Part shown: positions 27,786 to 38,040 of the stretch, one piece after another | Layout: each line of letters starts with the position of its first letter | How positions within the stretch are numbered: the stretch's first letter is position 1 | NCBI GenBank assembly: GCA_963737155.1 | Contig: CAVTRN010000001.1 | Location: 1,248,001-1,312,000 of the forward strand | Length of the DNA stretch: 64,000 nucleotides | Direction: 5' to 3' | Origin: Nitrospirota bacterium | Lineage (GTDB): Bacteria > Nitrospirota > UBA9217 | Made by a program: the position numbers and the translations under genes | Notes under the pieces: model-generated | The model's database searches: none | What the model saw: the letters and a program-made list of their open reading frames with translations, nothing else | What the model was told of the DNA's origin: nothing

Positions 27786-29759
27786 ATGAGACAATTTGCA
27801 AAAATATTCTTGGCCATGGTCGTGACAGCCTCGCTACTGCTTCTGACTGTCATTCCGGCCGCATTTGCGGAGTTGCAAGAGGATCCTCATTTATCACGGG
27901 AGGATATCGTGAAATTGCTTCGGAAGCGCATCAAATACGTCTTCGTCATCTTCAATGAGAACCACTCGTTCGACAACGAGTTCGGCACATTCCCCGGTGT
28001 CAACGGCCTTTACTCGGATGGCCAAAAAAGCCGCGCTGCCGCGAACACATTGGGTTTTACCCAGACATACACTGACAATATCAGTGGTCAGACCGTCACA
28101 GTCCTGCCGTTTCGGATAGGCCCGGAGCAGAACTCTACCGTCGTTGACAGTGTGGACCACACTCACACGGGACTTGCAGTCAAACTACACCTGGTAAACG
28201 ACGTGCCGCAGATGGATAAGTTCGCCTACGATGAGTATTACCGCTTTGCGAAAAATGGCGGGATGGCCAACAACGTGAAGGGCACGCAGTTCGCACGACT
28301 CGTGATGTCGCACATCGATTGTGACACTATTCCATTCTTCTGGAAGTGGGCTGGCCAGTTCACGATCTTCGACAATATCTATGCGACTGAGGACACGCCC
28401 TCCACTCCGAACGCGGTGGCAATGATCGCAGGGCAGTCTGGTGAAACGCAGTGGGTCAAGCACGGCTCGAACGGTCAGACCTACACCAACGTGAACGGCC
28501 ACACCGGCACCACGCAGGGGCCGCCGCTTGTGAACGATCCGCAGCCTTTCTACGGTTCTCAGTTCGACACGACCACAGTCGAAAAGCAGCCCGCAAACGC
28601 TAATGATGGATATCGAGACAATAACATAGCTTCTAACCTGACTTTCGCAAGTCTGCCGCTGACCTTCCAGGGCCGCAATATCATTACAGTTATGGCGCAG
28701 AATCTGAATCCGTCGTTTGACATGACAGACATCCAGAAAGACATCCCGTACATTCAGAGCCGAAATATCGAACCCATCAACTGGCGCTGGTACCAGGAAG
28801 GCTACGACCTCGAGTCAACCGACACGGGGACGGTTTCCCACAACTCCTATGTAAGCCATCATCAGGGGCCGCAGTACTTTGGCTACCTTGCAAACACTCC
28901 GCCAATTCGTCCGAACTTACGAGGCATGACTGACTTCTTCAGCGACATAAAGAACAAAGCTCTACCCGAAAGCGGCGTTTTCTATATCCGCGGCGGCTAC
29001 ATAAACCAGATGGGGCTGGTACCACCGGTCACGAATCCTCTTACTCCTGCTGACGAGGTTGTTGCAATCAGAAAGGCGAAAGCCGGCGACGATGACCACC
29101 CGGCCTATACCGACCGACAGATCAGCGAAGCGATGGCAGCCCGCGTTATCAATGCAATTGCGGCGGACCCGGAACTCTGGTACAAGAGTGCAATTATTAT
29201 CGCGTACGATGAGTCCGACGGTTTTTATGATCATGTGCCGCCTCGCATCCTTTCCTACGGGCCGGACGGCCTACCGCTTTCCCGCGGAATCCGAGTGCCC
29301 CTGATTCTGATTTCACCATATGCGAGGGCTCATGCTGTATCGCACGCTGAAGGCGATCATAATGCGATAATTGAGACCATCAACGATATCTTCAACCTGC
29401 CACCGCTCGCCAGCTTGCCCGATGAGGCCGAGGCGCTGAAAGATGGCAACTCCCAAAGCTTCAACAAGTTCGGGCCATCTGGATTCGAGCAGAAGCATCT
29501 CGGGCCTCGTGATATCAACTCACCAATCACCGACAGCCTGTTGTCGGGCTTCGACCTAAAGCGCCTGATGGGCATATTATCGCCGTTACCGGCCGCGCTC
29601 GCGATTATCCCGGACAATGTTGTGAACTCACTGCCTCACTATGGTGGGAACGGCTGCCAGGCGATAGGGATCGAGCCAGAAGACGTCCGGCAGGGCATTG
29701 TCAACAAAATCCCGTCGGGCTTTAACCCGCTGCCTAGCACCTACCCGGCGGCCAATTGA
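27786..29759 (+). CDS. Secreted phosphoesterase (phospholipase C / acid phosphatase family)
   Basis: Signal peptide; IKYVFVIFNENHSFDNEFG, PSTPN, DDDHP, YDESDGFYDHVPP, RVPLILISPYA. Confidence 0.85.
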   Translation: MRQFAKIFLAMVVTASLLLLTVIPAAFAELQEDPHLSREDIVKLLRKRIKYVFVIFNENHSFDNEFGTFPGVNGLYSDGQKSRAAANTLGFTQTYTDNISGQTVTVLPFRIGPEQNSTVVDSVDHTHTGLAVKLHLVNDVPQMDKFAYDEYYRFAKNGGMANNVKGTQFARLVMSHIDCDTIPFFWKWAGQFTIFDNIYATEDTPSTPNAVAMIAGQSGETQWVKHGSNGQTYTNVNGHTGTTQGPPLVNDPQPFYGSQFDTTTVEKQPANANDGYRDNNIASNLTFASLPLTFQGRNIITVMAQNLNPSFDMTDIQKDIPYIQSRNIEPINWRWYQEGYDLESTDTGTVSHNSYVSHHQGPQYFGYLANTPPIRPNLRGMTDFFSDIKNKALPESGVFYIRGGYINQMGLVPPVTNPLTPADEVVAIRKAKAGDDDHPAYTDRQISEAMAARVINAIAADPELWYKSAIIIAYDESDGFYDHVPPRILSYGPDGLPLSRGIRVPLILISPYARAHAVSHAEGDHNAIIETINDIFNLPPLASLPDEAEALKDGNSQSFNKFGPSGFEQKHLGPRDINSPITDSLLSGFDLKRLMGILSPLPAALAIIPDNVVNSLPHYGGNGCQAIGIEPEDVRQGIVNKIPSGFNPLPSTYPAAN

Positions 29760-29984
29760 GGTGAAGAGCGACGGATAGGTGCGAGTGGCTCCCCATTCAC
29801 TGCCTTTGTTGTATATTGGCCGGTTTTTTTTGACATGTGAGATTGCAACTCCCCATAGCTTGCTACAGGTCACTTTATAGAGGGAAAAGTTTGAGAAATC
29901 ATAGGTTGCAAAATAATATTCACCGTCCTTTTAAAAATAATCAGTCAGCTTACTGTGGAATGGTTCATTAGGAGGTGTATATCT

Positions 29985-30962
29985 ATGCGGTTACTGTCAG
30001 TTTTGCTTGTCATGCTCATCGTCTGCTGCTCGATCTCGGTCGCTATGGCGGGCTCCGTTATCGAACGCGTCAAGGCGCGCAGTGTCGTCCGCTGCGGCAG
30101 CGTCGAGCGTCCGGGCCTGGCGAGTGCGGACGGTCATGGACGCTGGAGGGGTCTCAATGTTGACGTCTGCCGCGCTATCGCCGTGGCGGTACTCGGCTCC
30201 CCCGATCGCATTGATTACCATGTGTATGAGACACCGAAGCAATTTGACGCTGTGCGCAACCAGGAGGACGATGTCTACTTCCTTACTGGTTCGGAGATTG
30301 ATGAGCAGAAGCTGGCAGGCAAGGTAGTGCCCGGTCCCACCATCTTTGTGGAAACCGATACAGTAATGGTTCCGTCCAGCTCGGCTGCACACAATGTCTG
30401 CGACCTTACAGGAAAAACCATCTGCTTTATGATCGGGAGCTTAACGGAGCGAAGCATCAATGCTTACTTCGACACGCTGCACAAGAACTGGTTGCGTATG
30501 CCTTATTCCGAGGATGGGGAAATGAACGATGCCTATAACGTGCAGCGCTGCAATGCAATCGCCGGCGAGATCACTACCCTCGCCGCTACACGCGTTGACC
30601 GGGGTGTGAACCGGCTGTCCAGCCGTCTCCTCCAAGAGCCGCTGTCGGTCTTCCCGGTCATGGCCGCGACAGGAACTAACGACGCGCAGTGGTCTGCAAT
30701 CGTCGCATGGACAGTGGACACGCTGATAAGTGCGGAGAGGCCGGAAACGCGTTGGTACGCAGGAGGCGCGGGGGCAATGCCTGTCGCAGCGCCGGAGTTG
30801 GGTCTAGACAAGGGATGGCAACGCCGAGTTCTCGAGACTGTCGGTAACTATGGCGACATCTTCGAACGACATCTTGGCAAAGGCTCCCAGCTCAAACTCG
30901 ACCGTGGCCTCAACGCTAACCAGTTCAGTGGAGGACTACTCCTGAGTCCATTCCTTGACTGA
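29985..30962 (+). CDS. Amino-acid-type ABC transporter substrate-binding protein (AapJ-like)
   Basis: VIERVKARSVVRCG, GLNVDVCRAIAVAVLG, VGNYGDIFERHLG...LDRGLNA. Confidence 0.82.
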   Translation: MRLLSVLLVMLIVCCSISVAMAGSVIERVKARSVVRCGSVERPGLASADGHGRWRGLNVDVCRAIAVAVLGSPDRIDYHVYETPKQFDAVRNQEDDVYFLTGSEIDEQKLAGKVVPGPTIFVETDTVMVPSSSAAHNVCDLTGKTICFMIGSLTERSINAYFDTLHKNWLRMPYSEDGEMNDAYNVQRCNAIAGEITTLAATRVDRGVNRLSSRLLQEPLSVFPVMAATGTNDAQWSAIVAWTVDTLISAERPETRWYAGGAGAMPVAAPELGLDKGWQRRVLETVGNYGDIFERHLGKGSQLKLDRGLNANQFSGGLLLSPFLD

Positions 30963-30990
30963 CGCTGGTAACTTGGGATTGAAAGGCCGC

Positions 30991-31282
30991 ATGTTGCCGG
31001 AGAGACTTAAGAATGAGCATGTTCAGCACCTTGCCCAGGCAAGAAAGATTTTTGATATTAAACGGGAGCAGAAGCAGAATGGAGTTTTCTTGCCGGGGAG
31101 CGCTAGAAAAGGAAATATTCGACTATCGGCAAAGTATCGGGTTGGTTCTAGGTTTTCCTAGCGGAGGGAGCATCTGTTGATTCGCAAATGCTTAATGATC
31201 GGCGGCATCATATGCATCCCGCAGCTTTGCAGCGGATTTCAAAGAAGCGGTTGAAACGGCAGGGATAACAAGGCCGGCCTCA
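30991..31282 (+). pseudogene. intI: Internal relic of an integron integrase
   Basis: LPERLK...HL...NGVFLPG / RKYSTIGKVSGWF*VF...SVD...RRHHMHPAALQR / FKEAVETAGITRPAS covers the integron-specific insertion between boxes I and II; frameshifts and a stop. Confidence 0.7.
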
Positions 31283-31795
31283 AACCCGCATGGCCTAAAT
31301 GTTCAAACGCCCTGCTTTATATTAATCTTTGCGGCATCGTTCGGGCCTTATTGCCCTTGAACCCATCTTGTGAAGAGGCCATAGTGTCCCTGTATTGCGT
31401 ACAAAATACATCTGCGGGAGAGACTTGCAGACGTGAAACGGTAACGTGCCTATATCTCAGGATCGGTCGATAAGTAATCGCTTCTGCGAATGCCTGGTGA
31501 CAGAAAACCGCGAATTAAGGAACTGCGGGTCAAGATCGGCGCGTGGAAAAGGCACGTCTCACCCACACGTTGATGCAAATTTCACGTGTTATTCATCAAC
31601 CGATTTTTTTCCAGCGCCGGTTCATAATTTTAAGTATTCGATAGATCTGTTATTTTCTGAATTAGGGCTTGGGGCAGGTGGTTGCCATGGCCTGCTTGGC
31701 TAGCAGAGTAGTTCCCATTCTACTAAAATCCTAAATTTACAATCAGATATTCTATAGTTATAGAACATACTTATCCGATTCACCATCACAATACC

Positions 31796-31824
31796 TTGAC
31801 AAATTCGCCGGCAAAGTCTAAACT
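31796..31824 (+). promoter_or_regulatory. Sigma70 promoter of the RAPP leader peptide
   Basis: TTGACA-17 nt-TAAACT, ending 25 nt before the 31849 start. Confidence 0.65.
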
Positions 31825-31848
31825 GGGTGAATTAGTGAAAGGGTCTTT

Positions 31849-32118
31849 ATGCGCTGGAACAAACGCATTGCTATTTTTCTTATTCTGCTTTTCCTTGTTT
31901 CCACGTTCGTGGAAGTTTCGCACCATCATGAAAATGCGGAGGATGACCACGACTGCCCAATTTGTATTGCCATTAATCATGTGCCTGCAACCAGCCAGGG
32001 GATGGTTGCTTTTGATAGCGTCCCCTGTTTCACGGAAACAACAGTTGTCGCTCCCGCCCCTATTTTTATTGGTTATTGCTCATACTATTCCCTGAAAGAT
32101 CGCGCTCCTCCTGTGTAG
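31849..32118 (+). CDS. DUF2946/CruR-like leader peptide with His cluster, CXXC and C-terminal RAPP
   Basis: Hydrophobic N-terminus, HHHENAEDDHDCPIC, ends DRAPPV; upstream of a TonB-dependent receptor. Confidence 0.78.
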   Translation: MRWNKRIAIFLILLFLVSTFVEVSHHHENAEDDHDCPICIAINHVPATSQGMVAFDSVPCFTETTVVAPAPIFIGYCSYYSLKDRAPPV

Positions 32119-32154
32119 ATATCTCAATTTACATCTTACAATTTAATGGTTAGA

Positions 32155-32200
32155 GCGGGACTTCCCTGCCGATTATCGTTTAGTTGGGCAGGGAATCTGC
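32155..32200 (+). promoter_or_regulatory. Stem-loop downstream of the leader peptide
   Basis: TTCCCTGCC / GGCAGGGAA perfect 9-bp stem, extendable with G-U pairs. Confidence 0.45.
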
Positions 32201-32478
32201 CTTCCTAATCTTCCCGGAATAGTTTACATCTTTCGGGAAAATTGCGTCCGTGTGCAATGAAAAGCCCGCTTGATCTATTTGCACATAATAGACCTATCCA
32301 CACGGGATTTTTTGTCTGCATTCTGTCTATGCGCTCAGTCTGGCGGTATAAACAGGTCTGACTGACGATTACTTCTGCTGCGGGTGGGGGAGAGGTGTCG
32401 CGGGGCAACTTTCATAATCTAGGGTAATATGGCGTTACAAGCAATTCGACGTCATTCGGAATATAATAGGAGAATGCA

Positions 32479-34848
32479 ATGCGATCAATCAAGGTTTTAA
32501 CAGGCTCGGCATTGGCGTTCGCTATTTTCATCATAATGGCAGCCGCAGTATATGCCGCCCCTGTAGCTACTAATGAAATCCATGGAACGATCAAGGACGC
32601 CCTAGGAAGACCTTTGTCCGGGGCAAGTCTGACACTGAAATCACCCAATGCAACTATCATAGGCAAGACTCAGAGTGATGCCGACGGCCACTTCGTGTTT
32701 TCGAGTGTACCGCCGGGCATCTATGCAGTCATGGCGGAAAAAAACGGTTTTCAAGCAAGCACCGCCAAAGTGACAGTAGAAGCCGGGACGATAGCCACTC
32801 CGACGCTGACCCTGGCTGCCCAAGAAGCACTGGAAGTGTCAGTCGTGGCTGAACGCTTGAACCAGGCTCGAAACAGTCTGTCACCAAAGACAGGAGGCAG
32901 TGAGTACAATTTTGACCAGAGTGATATTACCGCCTTACCTCAGGGGGATAGCACGCCCCTAAACCAGGTATTGCTCCAGGCGCCCGGCGTGGCCAATGAC
33001 TCGTACGGCCAGCTGCATGTGCGGGGTGACCACGCTAATCTCCAGTACCGCTTTAACGGTGTCATCCTACCCGAGGGGATTACCGGATTCGGCCAGGCGC
33101 TGGACACCCGGTTTATCGAACGGATGGATCTTCTGACCGGTGCCCTGCCGGCCCAATATGGCCTGCGCACGGCGGGAGTAATCGAAATAGAAACCAAGGC
33201 CACCTATGAGACAGGAGGGCGTATCGATCTCTACGGAGGAAGCTTTAACACCTTGGAACCGAGCTTCGAGTTCGGAAGTACGACGGGGAATGTGACCTAC
33301 TATCTGACCGGTTCCTACTTGCAGAACGACTCGGGCATCGAAAACCCCACCTCAAGTCCCAGCGCGATCCATGACCACACGGATCAAGGAAAGGCCTTCG
33401 CGTATGTATCAGATCTCGTCAATCCCACGACGCGGGTAAGCCTGATATTCGGCAGCTACGACGGTTGGTTTGAAATTCCCAATAATCCGGGACAACCTAT
33501 CACCAATTCGAGCTACCTGACCGAAACTGGCATTACCGGCTTCAACTCCGCTGCATTGAACGAGAATCAGTACGAGAATAATCGTTATGGAGTCGTAGCC
33601 TTGCAAAGTTCTATCGGGTCGGACTTCGATTATCAAATCTCCACGGTCACCCATTACACGAGCGTCCATTTCACGCCTGACCCCATCGGCGACCTTGTTT
33701 TCAACGGTACTGCATCGGATGTTTTCCAAAGCAGTTTTAGCCAGGGATTACAGGGTGACGGAAGTTATCGCCTGAACAATGCTCACACGATCCGGATGGG
33801 CTTTTTTACGAGCATCGAAAATATCGAAAGCAACAACACCTCCACGGTTTTCAATGTGGACGCCAATGGTAACGCTACCGGACCGGCCTACGCTGTCACG
33901 GACAATACCCCGAAGAGCGGTAACATCCTTGCGTCGTTGTACCTCCAGGACGAGTGGAAGGCGATTGAAAAATTGACGGTTAACTATGGGCTCCGGTATG
34001 ACGCGATGGACGCCTATGTGAAAGCTAGTCAACTGAGTCCCCGACTAGGCATGGTTTACAAGTGGACACCGGAGACTACGCTGCATGCCGCCTACGCCCG
34101 AGAATTCACACCGCCACCGACCGAGCTGGTCTCGTCCAGGACAGTAAACGATTTCATTGGCACCTCCAACTTATATGGCTTTTCGACCTTGAATTCCCCC
34201 GTTGAGCCGGAACGGGACCATTATTTCGATGCGGGGGTAACCCAGAAGATCACCTCCTCGCTGAATGTCGGCGTTGATGCTTTCTACAAGACAACCAGGG
34301 ATCTGATCGATGAGGGCCAATTCGGCCAGGCTCTGATCTTTACCCCTTTCAATTATTCAAAAGGAAAAATTACTGGTCAGGAGCTGACCGGCAACTACCA
34401 CTCCGGCAATTTTTCCTCTTATGCGAATTTTGCCCATACCGTCAGCCTGGCCGAAGATGTTTCGTCGGCACAGTTTAACTTCACGCAGGCTGAGCTGAAT
34501 TACATCGCTAATAACTGGATACATTGTGACCATGACCAGCGCTATACAGTTTCCGCGGGTGTTTCCTATCTCTGGCTGGGAACTCTATATAGCTCCGATG
34601 GTACCTTTGGAAGCGGCTTACGGGGTGGATTCGCCAATACGGTTAATTTGCCGAGCAACACCCAGGTCAATCTGGGGGCGACGCGTAAGTTTGTGCTGGG
34701 GAGCTTCGGCCCTATGGAGGCGCGTCTGAGCATAATCAACGTTTTTAATAAGATCAATGAAATAAGGAGCGGAACTGGAATCGGCGTATTTGCGCCTCAG
34801 TATGGGCCGCGGATTGGGTACTTCGCCGGCATTACCAAATTATTTTGA
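32479..34848 (+). CDS. TonB-dependent receptor with N-terminal carboxypeptidase-regulatory-like domain
   Basis: Signal peptide, IHGTIKDALGRPLSGA domain, plug LHVRGDHANLQY...LPAQYG, HCDHDQR, terminal Phe. Confidence 0.88.
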   Translation: MRSIKVLTGSALAFAIFIIMAAAVYAAPVATNEIHGTIKDALGRPLSGASLTLKSPNATIIGKTQSDADGHFVFSSVPPGIYAVMAEKNGFQASTAKVTVEAGTIATPTLTLAAQEALEVSVVAERLNQARNSLSPKTGGSEYNFDQSDITALPQGDSTPLNQVLLQAPGVANDSYGQLHVRGDHANLQYRFNGVILPEGITGFGQALDTRFIERMDLLTGALPAQYGLRTAGVIEIETKATYETGGRIDLYGGSFNTLEPSFEFGSTTGNVTYYLTGSYLQNDSGIENPTSSPSAIHDHTDQGKAFAYVSDLVNPTTRVSLIFGSYDGWFEIPNNPGQPITNSSYLTETGITGFNSAALNENQYENNRYGVVALQSSIGSDFDYQISTVTHYTSVHFTPDPIGDLVFNGTASDVFQSSFSQGLQGDGSYRLNNAHTIRMGFFTSIENIESNNTSTVFNVDANGNATGPAYAVTDNTPKSGNILASLYLQDEWKAIEKLTVNYGLRYDAMDAYVKASQLSPRLGMVYKWTPETTLHAAYAREFTPPPTELVSSRTVNDFIGTSNLYGFSTLNSPVEPERDHYFDAGVTQKITSSLNVGVDAFYKTTRDLIDEGQFGQALIFTPFNYSKGKITGQELTGNYHSGNFSSYANFAHTVSLAEDVSSAQFNFTQAELNYIANNWIHCDHDQRYTVSAGVSYLWLGTLYSSDGTFGSGLRGGFANTVNLPSNTQVNLGATRKFVLGSFGPMEARLSIINVFNKINEIRSGTGIGVFAPQYGPRIGYFAGITKLF

Positions 34849-34851
34849 CGG

Positions 34852-34883
34852 TTGATGGAGGGGAACTCGTTCCCCTCCATCAA
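34852..34883. repeat. Perfect 15-bp inverted repeat between TBDR and exbB
   Basis: TTGATGGAGGGGAAC-TC-GTTCCCCTCCATCAA. Confidence 0.75.
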
Positions 34884-34909
34884 ATTTCTATTGAATTGAG
34901 AGGTTTACG

Positions 34910-35554
34910 ATGCAAGAAATACACATAGCTTTAGAAACATTGAGATTCGGCGGCGCGATGGTCTATCCGTTGATGCTGCTCGCGGTCTTGGCAGCGGTAG
35001 TCATACTCGACAAGGCATTCGTTTATTGGCGGTACGTAAGCCTTCCGGGTCCACTGCTTAAACTCGTTGAAACCTATGATTTTTCATGGGCTGATTTAGA
35101 TCTGCAGTTGACAGGGCTCACCCAGCAAAACTATTTCCGGCGGTTTTTCCGTGTGGTCATGGACAATCGTGGGAAGCCGGTCTGGTGGGTGGAATCGCGC
35201 GCTGGCGATGAAGCCCAGTTGATTGAGAAGGATTTAAGCCGTGGTTTGTGGGTGCTTGAAACCATCGTTACGGCTGCTCCTCTCTTAGGACTGCTTGGTA
35301 CGATCACCGGGATGATGCATGCCTTCAACCTGATCGGCAACAACGGCTTGGTGGACCCAACCGGAGTGACAGGAGGAGTAGCCCAAGCACTTATAGCGAC
35401 CGCGCTAGGTCTCTTCATTGCTGTCATTGCCCTGTTCGCGTTTAATTTCTTTTCGCGCCGGCAGTCACAAATGCTTGATGAAATGGAACGACTGGGGACG
35501 CGGCTAGTGGACAACATCCGCATGGCGGAAGTTGTCCAGGAGGATACCTTATGA
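34910..35554 (+). CDS. exbB: MotA/TolQ/ExbB proton channel
   Basis: TIVTAAPLLGLLGTITGM and QALIATALGLFIA. Confidence 0.9.
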   Translation: MQEIHIALETLRFGGAMVYPLMLLAVLAAVVILDKAFVYWRYVSLPGPLLKLVETYDFSWADLDLQLTGLTQQNYFRRFFRVVMDNRGKPVWWVESRAGDEAQLIEKDLSRGLWVLETIVTAAPLLGLLGTITGMMHAFNLIGNNGLVDPTGVTGGVAQALIATALGLFIAVIALFAFNFFSRRQSQMLDEMERLGTRLVDNIRMAEVVQEDTL

Positions 35555-35955
35555 AACTACGTAAATCCCGCCAACACCGGCGTGGCCGAATCGAAATCAT
35601 CCCGATGATCGATGTGATGTTCTTTCTCCTTGTCACGTTCATGCTTGCTTCGCTCTCAATGCAGAACTTGCATTCACTGGCGGTCAATCTCCCCCAAGGG
35701 CACGCTGCAGCCATGCAGCCCAAGACCTCGGTGACGCTTACTATCACCCGGGACAGCCGCATACTCTTGGACGAGATCCCGGTAACTTTGGAGACGCTTG
35801 CCGCTTTCTTGAAACCGATGCTTAAGGGGGAGGACTCGAGTGTTATTGTGGCGGCCGACAGCGCGGCGCCATACGGAGTAACGGTCCAGGCGATGATGCA
35901 GTGCCGCGAAGCGGGTGCCCAGCATTTTCTTATAGCTGTCAAACATGTCAGGTGA
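35551..35955 (+). CDS. exbD: ExbD/TolR
   Basis: IEIIPMIDVMFFLLVTFM; VAAD. Confidence 0.9.
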   Translation: MKLRKSRQHRRGRIEIIPMIDVMFFLLVTFMLASLSMQNLHSLAVNLPQGHAAAMQPKTSVTLTITRDSRILLDEIPVTLETLAAFLKPMLKGEDSSVIVAADSAAPYGVTVQAMMQCREAGAQHFLIAVKHVR

Positions 35956-36673
35956 AATTATATTAATGAGGACGTCCCGAAGCATAGATAGCCCTTGGCA
36001 TCGCCTCCCCTGGACGCTGCCGACAGCCCTGCTAATTTGGGCAGTGGCGTTATTGGGGTTAGCATATTTTATGGAAAAGCCGACCCAGAGGCTGATGGAG
36101 CCATCAGCCATTGATGCCCAGTTGTTGATTGAGCAGTCCGTTTCGCCTCCGCCTGCGGCCGTGCACCAACCCAAACCGCTGCCTCAAGTCAGGCCACAGC
36201 CGGCTCCTGTGATATCTAAGGTGACGCCCACTATCGAGCAGAAGCCATCAGTCCAGAAGGCGGAAGAGACAACGAACGTGCCCAATGGTGCCCATGCCAC
36301 TACAAGTGAGGGTCAGACAACGACTGGGGTGAACACCTCCGCAAATAGCAACACCCAGGTCGGGTCATATGACGGACAAGGCTCTTCTCAGGGTAACATA
36401 AGCGCGAGCAGCGGAGCCCGGGCAATTGTCCAGCCAATGCCGCAAATCCCGGATGATTTGCGGGCTGAAGTGTTTAATTTCTCTGCACTTGCTCGCTTCC
36501 ATATTGCCGTTGATGGCAGCGTAAAGGTAGAACTCGCAAAGCCGACGCCGAATCCACGTCTTAATAGGATATTGCTGGATAGCCTCAAGAAGTGGCGGTT
36601 TATTCCGGCGATAAGGAACGGTAAGCCTGTTGCCTCGACAGAAGAGATCGTTGTCAGAATGGAAGTCAAATGA
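35945..36673 (+). CDS. tonB: TonB energy transducer
   Basis: TM anchor, Pro-rich linker, C-terminal W.F.PAIRNGKPV. Confidence 0.82.
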   Translation: MSGEIILMRTSRSIDSPWHRLPWTLPTALLIWAVALLGLAYFMEKPTQRLMEPSAIDAQLLIEQSVSPPPAAVHQPKPLPQVRPQPAPVISKVTPTIEQKPSVQKAEETTNVPNGAHATTSEGQTTTGVNTSANSNTQVGSYDGQGSSQGNISASSGARAIVQPMPQIPDDLRAEVFNFSALARFHIAVDGSVKVELAKPTPNPRLNRILLDSLKKWRFIPAIRNGKPVASTEEIVVRMEVK

Positions 36674-36996
36674 TTTCAATACGAATAGCGTCGCATTTGC
36701 ATGGTCGGACGTGAATCAACTTTCAAATCGCGTTCAAGAGTATGATTGGATTCTTTCCCCTTGTCACAATATTGGCACTAAAGACTTGTAGATGTTCCTC
36801 ATGGCCAGAATTGATTAGAAGTGAAGAAGTGCGATTGAAACTTGCAGTGTCAAAGAGCAATGGCTCCGGTATTGCGACTTGACCTTATCCAATTTGGGAT
36901 GCTATTGTTGGTCTCGCTTGCAGAGGCAGTTATTTTACGATCAATGCGTACTACGTGGTTGACTGTCATCTCCATTCTGCTCTCTCCTTGACGTTT

Positions 36997-37641
36997 ATGC
37001 AATCGAACGGTACAAAAAATCGTCGTCAGAAGCAACCACCGCAGCACCGGCACTGCACTGTGGAGGTTGATGTCGAATCGCTCCTGTCGCTCGAGAACCA
37101 TTGCAAGGGCTGCGCCAAGGGCGAGCGCTGCTGCTGCTCGTCGTACGAGGTATGCGTAAACACCGCGGAGATGAAGAGGATCATCAAGGTTCTGCCCGAG
37201 GCTGCCAAGTTCTGCCATCATCTTCTGACCGCAGGGGGCTACGATAATGTTTTCGAAAAAGAGGAACCGGGACTTTTTTCCATCGACACGACCGAGGACG
37301 GCCTCTGTCTCTTCGCCTACTGGTCTCATCACCGGATCCATTGCTCGCTGCACACCGTCGCCGTTAAACTTGGCTTGCCCCTGGCGCAAGTGAAACCGAA
37401 GGTCTGCCTGCTCTGGCCCATGCACTTCTCGGACGGCGAGGAGGTCCTGGCCACGATCAATGATGCATTTCTATTCGCCTGCAATGCCCGGAAAGTTCCG
37501 GGTTCGCACAGTCTGAGCCGCGGCTTTGTCCAGGCGATTGAGTCGGTGTACGGCGAGGGGTGCGGGACCCAGGTGAAGTACGCGGCGGAGAATGGGGACC
37601 GGCGCACGCTACTAGTCATCCCGCGGTGCGCAAAGACGTAA
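36997..37641 (+). CDS. Cys-cluster protein (YkgJ/DUF3109-like)
   Basis: CKGC...CCC, CLF...CSLH...KPKVCLLWP pattern. Confidence 0.65.
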   Translation: MQSNGTKNRRQKQPPQHRHCTVEVDVESLLSLENHCKGCAKGERCCCSSYEVCVNTAEMKRIIKVLPEAAKFCHHLLTAGGYDNVFEKEEPGLFSIDTTEDGLCLFAYWSHHRIHCSLHTVAVKLGLPLAQVKPKVCLLWPMHFSDGEEVLATINDAFLFACNARKVPGSHSLSRGFVQAIESVYGEGCGTQVKYAAENGDRRTLLVIPRCAKT

Positions 37642-38040
37642 TTTGCTTATATCATGCATTTTCGGTGGACGGTGGTATCGGGGGCTATATTACAACGGCC
37701 CGTGGGAACTTGCTACCACGAGGGGTTTTCCGCCGGTTTTACTAAGGTACCGAATTGACCAATCCGACATTACCGTGACCTGGAGTTCGGACGATATGAG
37801 CACGATAGAGCTCACTATAATGGACGATTTCTCCGTCCTGAATTTCGTGGTGATAAAGGGGAAATAGAGCATAGAAGGACAGAAGTAAAGCAGCTGGTAT
37901 GATAACGTTGCGACACGAGCGTAATTAAACCTTTTCCCACAATACGTGTCTATATCATCGCTTTCATCAAGTGATAAACGAGATTACGGAAAATCAGAGC
38001 GATGCTTATCAACATGATATTAAAGGGGAGGGAAAAAGCA

